NCBI RefSeq assembly: GCF_026626665.1
Contig: NZ_JAPNKE010000002.1
Location: 3,437,168-3,501,167, forward strand
From: Nannocystis pusilla
GTDB taxonomy: Bacteria; Myxococcota_A; Polyangia; Nannocystales; Nannocystaceae
Length of the DNA: 64,000 bases
Reading direction: 5' to 3'
Shown piece after piece: positions 10,378 to 17,939 of the stretch. The notes beneath the pieces are model-generated. The model made no database searches. It worked only from the letters and a program-made list of their open reading frames with translations, and was not told where the DNA came from. The position numbers and the translations under genes were made by a program. Every line of letters starts with the position of its first letter. Position 1 is the stretch's first letter.

Positions 10378-11466
10378 TCAGAACTCGTCGAGGCCCTGGC
10401 CGAGCTCGACCCCGAGCGCTTCCTGGGCGGCGGTCGGGCACGGCGACCCGAAGCGCGACTCGTAGCGGGCCGTGAACTCGGCGTTGGCGACCATCGCCTG
10501 GTCGTCGGTCTGCAGCTCGGGGAGCAGCCCGCGGACCGCGAACACCTCGATCTCGCCGACGCTGCGGGTCACCGTCGTCTGCAGGAACTCGAGCGAGAAG
10601 AACGGCTCGATGAGCTGACGGACCGCCCCGGACACGCACACCGAGTCGGGCTGGCCGACGCGCTCGACGTGGCTGGCGACGCTGACGGTGTCGCCCCACA
10701 GGTCGTAGACGGGCTTCTTCGAGCCGAGCACGCCGGAGATGCAGGGGCCCGAGTGGAGGCCGATGCGGAAGCTCCAGTCCCACTCGTCGACGATCGGCGT
10801 CAGCCCCGACGCCACCACCTGGGCGCAGCGCAGCGCCGCGAACGTCGCGTCGACGGCGTGCGACAGGCGGCGGTGGGGGATGCCCGAGACCGCCACGTAC
10901 GTGTCGCCGGCGGTGCGCAGCTTCTCGACCCCGAACGCCGACGTGATCTGGTCGAAGGCCGAGAAGAAGAAGTCGAGCTGCTTGAGGCAGGTGACGGGAT
11001 CGACGCGGGCGGCCAGGCGCGAGAACTGGACCGCGTCGATGAACATCACCGTCGACTCGCGGTAGGCCTTGGGCTGGAGCCGCTCGCCGAGCGGCGCCGC
11101 CGACTCGCGCGGCAGCACCGCCAGCGCCAGGCTCTTGTCGAGCAGGGTCGCGGTCGCCAGCTGCGACGCCAGCGCCCGCGGCGAGCGGATGGCCACGCCC
11201 ACCGCCAGCACCCCGTCGGAGGGCTCCAAGGACAGGTCCCATGCGACAGGTCCTTCGGGCCAGGGATTCTCCGGCACCGCCTTGCCGCTGCTCTCGGCCA
11301 GGCTGCGCAGGAACGCCGGCGACGCGGCGCCGAACAGCGCGCCGAGGCTGGGCGCGCCGGGGCGGGCGGCCAGCCAGCGGGCCGCCGCCGGCGACGCCGG
11401 GGTCACCCTGCCGTCGGCATCGACGCGCAGCGCGATCGACTCCACCAGCTCGAGGATCGCCACCAT
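10378..11466 (-). CDS. class III adenylate/guanylate cyclase (CHD) with ~150-aa N-terminal sensor-like domain
   Basis: The cyclase homology domain reads STVMFIDAVQFSRLA...KLRTAGDTYVAVSGIP...RIGLHSGPCISGVLGSKKPVYDLWGDTVSVASHVE. It is the last gene of the operon and its start overlaps the upstream stop. Confidence 0.8.
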   Translation of the reverse strand: MVAILELVESIALRVDADGRVTPASPAAARWLAARPGAPSLGALFGAASPAFLRSLAESSGKAVPENPWPEGPVAWDLSLEPSDGVLAVGVAIRSPRALASQLATATLLDKSLALAVLPRESAAPLGERLQPKAYRESTVMFIDAVQFSRLAARVDPVTCLKQLDFFFSAFDQITSAFGVEKLRTAGDTYVAVSGIPHRRLSHAVDATFAALRCAQVVASGLTPIVDEWDWSFRIGLHSGPCISGVLGSKKPVYDLWGDTVSVASHVERVGQPDSVCVSGAVRQLIEPFFSLEFLQTTVTRSVGEIEVFAVRGLLPELQTDDQAMVANAEFTARYESRFGSPCPTAAQEALGVELGQGLDEF

Positions 11467-11467
11467 G

Positions 11468-11875
11468 TCAGAACTCTCGCACGTCCTCGAAGGTCGTCCG
11501 GGCGGCGATGGTCTCCTCGTCGAGGTTGAGCAGGATCGGCAGCGTCTCCTGCTGCCAGTCGTCCTCCTGCAGGCGGCGGACCAGCACCGGCCCGGGCAGC
11601 AGCAGGTAGACCAGCTCGACGATGTCCATGATCACGTAGAAGCCGTTGGAGTTGCAGAACTCGAGCTCGGTGAAGTCGAGCACGCTGCGCTGGATCTCCC
11701 GCTTCGGCAGGATCTCGCGCAGGTCCTGCAGCAGCGCCGACAGATAGCGATAGGGGTTGTCGATCCGGACCACGCCCGAGAACGTGAGGGAGAAGTTCCC
11801 CTCGTCCTCGCGGGCGACGCAGTGGAACACACTGACGCCGCCGTCCATGATCTCGCCGTAGGTGAGGACGTTCAT
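11468..11875 (-). CDS. DUF1987 / SiaC-like small protein (partner-switch target)
   Basis: The 135-aa product begins MNVLTYGEIMDGG. The segments NFSLTFSGVVRIDNPYRYL and VLDFTELEFCNSNGFYVIMDIVELV resemble the SiaC family, but this is from memory and no HMM was run. The ATG overlaps the upstream TGA (ATGA). Confidence 0.55.
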   Translation of the reverse strand: MNVLTYGEIMDGGVSVFHCVAREDEGNFSLTFSGVVRIDNPYRYLSALLQDLREILPKREIQRSVLDFTELEFCNSNGFYVIMDIVELVYLLLPGPVLVRRLQEDDWQQETLPILLNLDEETIAARTTFEDVREF

Positions 11876-12387
11876 TGCGCACCTCGCAAAGGAAACACCG
11901 CCTGCATCGTCAAGTTCTCGCCCGAGTACGTCGCGGACAAGCGGAAGCGGTTCTCGGACACCAGGCGGATGAGGCCGAGCCCCCCGCGCAGCCGCTGCAT
12001 GCGGCGGGCGCGGAGCGTGTCGGCGAACAGGCGCTTGGGGTCCGTCGCGGTCGTCAGCCGCTCGACGCGGTCCTTGACGTCCTGGTACTGCTCGAAGGTC
12101 GCCTTGTTGGTGACCTGGACCTGCAGCGCGTCGCCGTCGATGCGCAGGTCGACGCGCATCTGGCTGCCCGGATCGCTGACGTTGTCGATCACGTTCTGGA
12201 CCAGCTCGGTGATGACCACGTTGGCCTTCTTGCACAGCGCCTGCGGGTAGAACACCGTCAGCATCGCCAGCAGCGACTCGCCGACGGTCGTCGCCAGGTT
12301 GCCGCGCGCGTCGCCCATGGGCGCGACCGTCAGCGTCAGGCCGACGCTGGTCGTGATCGGTTCGTCGTCGAACTCGTGATCGCTCAC
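11872..12387 (-). CDS. HATPase_c serine protein kinase (SiaB/RsbW-like anti-sigma-regulator-type kinase)
   Basis: The GTG start is preceded by a GGAGG SD and overlaps the upstream stop (GTGA). HATPase boxes are VVITELVQNVIDN and GGLGLIRLV. Confidence 0.7.
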   Translation of the reverse strand: MSDHEFDDEPITTSVGLTLTVAPMGDARGNLATTVGESLLAMLTVFYPQALCKKANVVITELVQNVIDNVSDPGSQMRVDLRIDGDALQVQVTNKATFEQYQDVKDRVERLTTATDPKRLFADTLRARRMQRLRGGLGLIRLVSENRFRLSATYSGENLTMQAVFPLRGAQ

Positions 12388-13310
12388 GCCGCCCGCCTCC
12401 GCAGCACGATGAGGGTGATGTCGTCGGCGTCGACGCGACGGAACTGCCCGTAGTCGTCGAGGCACCGCTGGAGGATCTGATTGGCCGGCAGCTCCGCGTT
12501 GGTGCGCACGAGCTCGTGCAGCCGGCGAGTGCTGTAGTCGGCGCCCGCGCTGTCCTGCGCCTCGACCATGCCGTCCGTGTACAGCGCCAGCACGTCACCT
12601 GTCTCGAAGGGCAGCTCGTACTCGCTGTACGCGCGGCGGCGCAGGCCGATGAACGGGTCGCCCTTGTTGAACGTGTGGACCTCGCCGCCGCGGACCAGCA
12701 CCCCGTACCCGCCGCCGCACACGTAGCGGAACGTGCGCTCGCCGAACGCGACGAAGTTGACGGTGGCGTAGCGGCGGACCTCGCGGAGGAACCCGACGGT
12801 CGCGTTGTTGAGGTACTCGACGATGTCGCGCGGGCGCGACACCTGCTCCATCGTCTGGACCAGCTGGGCCTTGAGGTAGGCCATGATCAGCGCCGCCGAC
12901 ACCCCGTGGCCGGAGATGTCGAACACGCCGATCGCGTGGCTGCCGTCGCGCAGGCGATAGAAGTCGTAGTAGTCGCCGCCGACCTCGGTCATCTGCTTGT
13001 GGTAGACCGAGAACTCGAAGCGCGCGAGCATCTCCGGGTGGTCCTTCGGCAGCAGCGCGTGCTGGACCTGCTGGGCGATCTCGAGGTCCTGGCGGATGGT
13101 CTGGTAGGCGCGGGCCAGCTCGCGCTCCTGCTCGTCGAGCCGCTCGTACGCGGTGCGCAGGTTGTCGTTGGTCGCCTGCCAGTAGGCGGTGTCGCGCTCG
13201 ACCCGCTTGAGCAGGCCCTTGTACATCCAGAACAGCCGGCGCATGTCCTCGCGCGACAGCTCGGACAGGCGGTCGGGGTCTCGCCCCTCGAGGATCTCGT
13301 CGAGCGTCAT
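12384..13310 (-). CDS. PP2C-family (SpoIIE/RsbU/SiaA-like) Ser/Thr phosphatase with N-terminal coiled-coil
   Basis: PPM motifs are present: GGDYYDFY, GVFDISGHGVSAAL, LYTDGMVEA and ADDITLIVL. Confidence 0.8.
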   Translation of the reverse strand: MTLDEILEGRDPDRLSELSREDMRRLFWMYKGLLKRVERDTAYWQATNDNLRTAYERLDEQERELARAYQTIRQDLEIAQQVQHALLPKDHPEMLARFEFSVYHKQMTEVGGDYYDFYRLRDGSHAIGVFDISGHGVSAALIMAYLKAQLVQTMEQVSRPRDIVEYLNNATVGFLREVRRYATVNFVAFGERTFRYVCGGGYGVLVRGGEVHTFNKGDPFIGLRRRAYSEYELPFETGDVLALYTDGMVEAQDSAGADYSTRRLHELVRTNAELPANQILQRCLDDYGQFRRVDADDITLIVLRRRAA

Positions 13311-13311
13311 C

Positions 13312-13854
13312 TCAGTGGAACTCCACCACGAGCCGGTTGGGGTCGCCGTCGTTCGTCACGTCGACGTAGTAGAGGTCGCCGGGCGCCATCACCCCGCCGA
13401 TCAGCACGCCGCGCTCGATCGTCTTGTCGAACGGCGTGGACGAGCGGATCACGGCGTGGCCGCGCTCCGAGTCGAACTCGGCGAGGTCGAACGAGCCGAC
13501 CACCTCGCGCGGCCCGCGGATGACGCTGGCGATGCCGTGGCTGCCGGTCTGAAAGTGCAGGAAGTCGGCGCCGCGGTGGATGAGCGCCTTGCCGGGGCCG
13601 TGGTGGTACCACAACGTCATCATCTCGATGCCGAGCTTGAGCCGGATCGGCTCGACGTTGGCGTACGACTCGCCGACCATCCGCTCGATCTCCATCCACT
13701 TCGACAGCGGGAACCACCGCCCCATGTCGATGTCGGCCAGCAGCGCGGTGGCCCGCCTGCCGGCGACGATGTTGAGGTTGACGCACGCCTGGGCGAAGCC
13801 GCCCATGAGCGCCCCGTGGACCACCGGCTCGCTCGGCTCGCTCTCGTCGCTCAT
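13312..13854 (-). CDS. hypothetical cytosolic protein (possible sensor or accessory component of the partner-switch operon)
   Basis: The ATG is preceded by a GGGGAGG SD and overlaps the upstream TGA. The 180-aa product (MSDESEPSEPVVHGALMGGFAQACVNL...) has no recognisable domain. Confidence 0.45.
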   Translation of the reverse strand: MSDESEPSEPVVHGALMGGFAQACVNLNIVAGRRATALLADIDMGRWFPLSKWMEIERMVGESYANVEPIRLKLGIEMMTLWYHHGPGKALIHRGADFLHFQTGSHGIASVIRGPREVVGSFDLAEFDSERGHAVIRSSTPFDKTIERGVLIGGVMAPGDLYYVDVTNDGDPNRLVVEFH

Positions 13855-14945
13855 CCCGCCTCCCCTGCGAACGCGAACACCGCGATGATCGGCACGCCGC
13901 GGTACGACAGGCGCACGAGCCCGGAGCTGACCGAGGAGCGGCAGTACTCGGGCAGGTCGACGTCGAGGTCGATCGCCGGGTACGGCACGAAGCCCGACTT
14001 CTTCAGCCGCAGCAGCCACGACTCGAGCGTCTCGTGGCGCTCGGTGCGGAAGGCGTCGCTGGTGCCGAGGATGTCGCGGACCTCGCGGCCGAAGAAGCCC
14101 TCCTTGATGGCGAACTTCTCGTCGGGGGACGCGTCGCTGCGGTCGACCAGATCGAACACCGTGGCGAAGTGCTGCCAACAGTGGTGCATGCGCCGGGTGA
14201 GGTGCTCGGTGTCGTGGTCCGAGCTCGGCTCCACCAGCGTGAACACCCGCGGCCGCAGGGCCCGCAGCCGCCGCAGCAGCCGGGTGCGCGCGTCGCTGTC
14301 GGGCCCCGTGGTGTGGTGCAGCGTGTAGGCCGCGTTGATCGACAAGCTCCCCTCGGCGAGCGCCTCGAAGTGCGCGTAGTCGGCATCCTCGCAGACCTCG
14401 ATCAGCTTGACCAGCGGATAGATCTCGATGTCGAACGGCAGCTCGGCGCGGACCTCGTCGATCGCGGCCACGCCCTCGTTCAGGGCGGTGCGGTTCGGCT
14501 CGAGCGCGATCACGCGGAGGCGCTCGATCTTGCCGGGGTCGCGCGCGAGCGCCCGCAGCAGCGCGACGATCTGCAGGCCCTTGCCGATCCCGATCTCGAG
14601 CAGCGCCGGCGTGCTCGACTGCCGCATCGCGTGCACGAGGTACTGGTTGGCCAGCGCGTAGCCCTGCGGCACCGCCGGGATCGCCCGCTGCAGCAGCGTG
14701 AACAGGTCGATCTGCGGCCGCTTCTCGGCTTGCAGGTACAAGTTCCGCCCCGACAGCAGGTTGCGGTCGATCCGTCGCAACAGCGACTCGGCGACGATGT
14801 GGGACAACAGCGCGTCGCTCGGGACATCGACGTCGAGGGCGTCGAGGAGCTGGCTCGCTATCACCGTCTTGGCGACCTGCTCGCGATGCCGGCGAATGTC
14901 CTGGCACGCGGCCAAAATCAGCTTGTAGCGGTCCTCGTAGAGCAT
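13851..14945 (-). CDS. bacterial GRAS-family protein (Rossmann methyltransferase-like fold)
   Basis: GRAS-like blocks are LLEIGIGKGLQIVALLRALA...LRVIALEPN and GSLSINAAYTLHHT. This is the first gene of the minus-strand operon. Confidence 0.5.
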   Translation of the reverse strand: MLYEDRYKLILAACQDIRRHREQVAKTVIASQLLDALDVDVPSDALLSHIVAESLLRRIDRNLLSGRNLYLQAEKRPQIDLFTLLQRAIPAVPQGYALANQYLVHAMRQSSTPALLEIGIGKGLQIVALLRALARDPGKIERLRVIALEPNRTALNEGVAAIDEVRAELPFDIEIYPLVKLIEVCEDADYAHFEALAEGSLSINAAYTLHHTTGPDSDARTRLLRRLRALRPRVFTLVEPSSDHDTEHLTRRMHHCWQHFATVFDLVDRSDASPDEKFAIKEGFFGREVRDILGTSDAFRTERHETLESWLLRLKKSGFVPYPAIDLDVDLPEYCRSSVSSGLVRLSYRGVPIIAVFAFAGEAG

Positions 14946-15218
14946 GCGCCGCAGACTGAAGGTCACACAGGGGATCCGCCTTGGCAAGCTGATGCGCACC
15001 CGATCGTGGCCGAGAAGATTATCTCAGCCCTCGCGCGGAAACGCGCCGCGTAGCCTGGCGCAGGCCCCGTCGGCCTCTGTCTCAAAGACCACCCAGCGGC
15101 GCTACCGGACCGCGGGCCACTGCGCAGGTCGCGTGTGCGACGGACTGCATCTTGAGACATGGTCCGAAAACCATGACGCGGCGCGGCGAGCCCGGCGAAA
15201 GTGGCCCGAAAGCAGGCC

Positions 15219-15746
15219 TCAAGCGGCGGCGGCGCCGCCGGCCATCTGCACCTCTGCAGCGGCGCTCGCCAGCGATCGCAGCTCGAGCCCGACCTCGAAG
15301 CTCAGCGCGGTCGCACCGACGCGGCCGCGCTGGCTCTCGCGGTGGACCTCGACGGCGAGCGTCACGTGCGTCGCATTCGGTACTCTGCCGCTGCGGAAGC
15401 GCACCGTCGCGATCGCAGTCAGCGGCTCCCCCACCAGCACCTCACCGAAGCGCCGCACGCGACTGATGCTGCGCAGCGTCAGCGCGACGTCGCGGAACGG
15501 CTCGCTGTGGGCCAGGGCCGACAGCGCCCGACCGAACGCGACCGGCAGCGGACAAACTCGACCCCACGGCTCCGGCGCGCCGCCGCCGGACACGCTCCCG
15601 GTCGACAGCATCTCCTCTCCGCAACCCACTACCTGTCCCAAGAAGCTGGACTCTACATGCGCAGTCAGATCGGCCGGCTTCACCGTGAAGGTGGAAGTCG
15701 TCAAGACCGTTCCGACGCTGAGAGATCCGAGATCGTGTGCGAGCAT
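15219..15746 (-). CDS. hotdog-fold thioesterase-like protein
   Basis: Hotdog-like segments are TVLTTSTFTVKPADL and GEPLTAIATVRFRSGRVPNATHVTLAVEVH. A low-complexity middle segment may hide a compensating frame excursion. Confidence 0.4.
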   Translation of the reverse strand: MLAHDLGSLSVGTVLTTSTFTVKPADLTAHVESSFLGQVVGCGEEMLSTGSVSGGGAPEPWGRVCPLPVAFGRALSALAHSEPFRDVALTLRSISRVRRFGEVLVGEPLTAIATVRFRSGRVPNATHVTLAVEVHRESQRGRVGATALSFEVGLELRSLASAAAEVQMAGGAAAA

Positions 15747-15982
15747 GACGCGGCCTCCTGGGATTAGCGTGCCGCCCACTGCCGCGATTTGCACGCCAGA
15801 TCACGCGTAGCGGCGATGTGTGCGTCTTCCTCCGCCGTGGATCGCGAGCATCGCCGCAGATCCGGCGAATTTCTCGGCACTGGCGGCGATCGTGCGCATG
15901 ACCGCCTGCTTGCATCGAACGGCGAAATGATCTTCACACGCCTCTGCTGCCGCGAATTCGACGCGATCTCCAGCGCGATCTC

Positions 15983-16663
15983 TTGCGCGTGCAACAACGA
16001 CGGCGGTTCACACGACCTCTCCGTGTGCTCCTCGACTTCCTCGCGCCGCCGGTGTGCATCGCCTGTCGTCACCTGCTCCGGGCCCCGCCGGCCGGGGGCG
16101 TGCCGCCCCTGTGCAGCCGCTGCGCCCCCGAGCTCGCGCGGCTCGACCCCGCTGCGCGGCGCGTCGGCGACGTGGAGGCCTGCTTCCTTTATGACGGCCC
16201 GCTCGCCGCGGCCGTCCGGCGGCTCAAGTTCGTCGGCGAGCTCGAGCTCGCCGGGCCGCTGGGCCGGCTCCTCGCCCACGCGCCGGTGTGGCGCGAGGGC
16301 TGGGATCTCGTCGCGCCGGTGCCCTTGCACTGGCGCCGCGCCCTCGCCCGCGGCTTCAACCAGGCCGCCCTGCTGGCTCGCTGGGCCGCGCGCGAGCACC
16401 CGACCGGCGCCCGCCTCGAGCCGCGGCTCCTGCAGCGCACGCGCGCCACCACGCCGCAGAGCGAGCTCGACGGGCCGGCGCGCCGCGAGAACCTCGCCGG
16501 CGCGGTCGTCGTGCGAGCCGGGCGGTCGCTCGTCGGCCGGCGCGTCCTCGTGGTCGACGACGTGACCACCACCGGCGCCACCCTGACCGCCTGCCTCGCC
16601 GCCGTTCGGGCCGCAGGGGCCGCCCGCGCCGCCGGACTTGCCCTCCTGCGGTCCGCTTTGTAG
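15983..16663 (+). CDS. ComF-family phosphoribosyltransferase
   Basis: An N-terminal Cys cluster (CIACRHLL...CSRCAPEL) is followed by a PRTase motif VLVVDDVTTTGATL. The true start is probably a little downstream of 15983. Confidence 0.7.
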   Translation: MRVQQRRRFTRPLRVLLDFLAPPVCIACRHLLRAPPAGGVPPLCSRCAPELARLDPAARRVGDVEACFLYDGPLAAAVRRLKFVGELELAGPLGRLLAHAPVWREGWDLVAPVPLHWRRALARGFNQAALLARWAAREHPTGARLEPRLLQRTRATTPQSELDGPARRENLAGAVVVRAGRSLVGRRVLVVDDVTTTGATLTACLAAVRAAGAARAAGLALLRSAL

Positions 16664-16678
16664 CTTTCCACCCCCGCC

Positions 16679-17155
16679 GTGAAGAAGACCGACAAGACCG
16701 CGACGAAGGACGGCCACATCTTCGTCCAGAACCGCCGAGCCACCTTCGAGTACGAGGTCCTCGAGCGCTACGAGGCCGGCCTCGCGCTCATGGGCAGCGA
16801 GGTCAAGTCGATCCGCGACGGCCGCGCCAGCCTGGGCGAGTCGTACTGCCAGTTCCAGGGCGACCAGCTCTTCCTCTATCAATCGCACATCGGCGAGTAC
16901 ACGCAGGCGCACGACCGCAACCACCTGCCGCTGCGCCCGCGCAAGCTGCTGCTGCACCGCAAGGAGCTCGATCACCTGACCGACGCGGTCGATCAGGCCG
17001 GGCTCACGCTGATCCCTCTGGCCCTGCTGGCCCGCAACGGCCGGATCAAGCTCGAGCTGGCGCTGTGCCGCGGCAAGAAGACTTACGACAAGCGGGCCTC
17101 GATCAAGGAGCGCGAGCAGAAGCGCGAGATCGACAGGGCCATACGGGAGCGGTGA
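16679..17155 (+). CDS. smpB: SsrA-binding protein SmpB
   Basis: Full-length SmpB signature: GHIFVQNRRATFEYEVLERYEAGLALMGSEVKSIR...GRIKLELALCRGKKTYDKR. GTG start. Confidence 0.9.
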   Translation: MKKTDKTATKDGHIFVQNRRATFEYEVLERYEAGLALMGSEVKSIRDGRASLGESYCQFQGDQLFLYQSHIGEYTQAHDRNHLPLRPRKLLLHRKELDHLTDAVDQAGLTLIPLALLARNGRIKLELALCRGKKTYDKRASIKEREQKREIDRAIRER

Positions 17156-17156
17156 C

Positions 17157-17900
17157 GTGAGCGGCCGGCGCTCGGACGGACCTGTCCCATCGGACACCCT
17201 CGCGGCCCTCGACCGCGCCCGCGACCAGGCCGGCCCGCACCTCTGGTTGGTCCCCGCCCCGCCCGCCGCCGGCGACGCCGACGAGGCCCTGCGCGAGCTC
17301 GACGAGCTGCTCGCCCGCGGCGAGTTCGACGAGCCCGCCGTCGCTCGCCTGGTGGCCCTGGCGCCGCGCGCCCCGGGCCGCCTGCGCGCCGTCGTGGCAG
17401 CCCTCGCGGCCGCGGGCAGCCCCGCCGCGGTGGCCGGCCTGCTCACCCTGCCGCAGGTCCCCGGCGCGCTCGAGGCGGCGGCCCGCGCCCTCGCTCGCGG
17501 CCTCACCCGCGCCCTGCCCGGCTCCGCTTCCGCGCCGGTGTTCTTCGCCCTCGACTTCCGCGGTTCGCGGGCGCGGCCGTTCCCCGACCTGCTGCGGCGC
17601 GCCCAGCTGGTCGCCGCCGATCCGAGCGGCGCCCTGCGCCTCGACGTCCTCCGCGTCGACGGCAAGCCCGCCTACCGCCTGTCCTTTTGGCCAGACACGA
17701 TCCCGCCGCGCGCCCGCGCCGAGCTCGCCCGCGCCTGCGCCGCCGACCTCGCGCTGCTCCACGGCCGCCTCGCGCGCCTCCGCGGCGCCCGCCTGTGGCT
17801 GAACGGCTTCTGCTTCCCGGACGACGGCCCGGTGTCGGTCGCCGCCCAGGGCCATCTGTTGGCCGCGTGGTTGACATGGTCCGAAGGACATGCCCCGTGA
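17157..17900 (+). CDS. hypothetical protein
   Basis: A 247-aa ORF in the same frame as the downstream AAA gene. It is separated from that gene only by a repeat element carrying two TGA codons. Confidence 0.4.
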   Translation: MSGRRSDGPVPSDTLAALDRARDQAGPHLWLVPAPPAAGDADEALRELDELLARGEFDEPAVARLVALAPRAPGRLRAVVAALAAAGSPAAVAGLLTLPQVPGALEAAARALARGLTRALPGSASAPVFFALDFRGSRARPFPDLLRRAQLVAADPSGALRLDVLRVDGKPAYRLSFWPDTIPPRARAELARACAADLALLHGRLARLRGARLWLNGFCFPDDGPVSVAAQGHLLAAWLTWSEGHAP

Positions 17901-17925
17901 GACATGACCTGAAGGACACCTCGTT
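17883..17925. repeat. 14-bp-period GGACATGCCC repeat array (3 units)
   Basis: ccGAAGGACATGCCC / cgtgAGACATGACC / tgaaGGACACCtcg. In the upstream ORF's frame it contains TGA at 17898-17900 and 17910-17912. Confidence 0.65.
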
Positions 17926-17939
17926 CGCGCGCGCGCCTC

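Noticed and set aside
16560-17200. Looked for a tmRNA (ssrA) gene next to smpB
   Set aside because: No tRNA-like GGGG…/…GGTTCGANTCC…CCA ends or resume-codon region were recognisable on either side of smpB. Flanks are occupied by the ComF-family gene and the next ORF.
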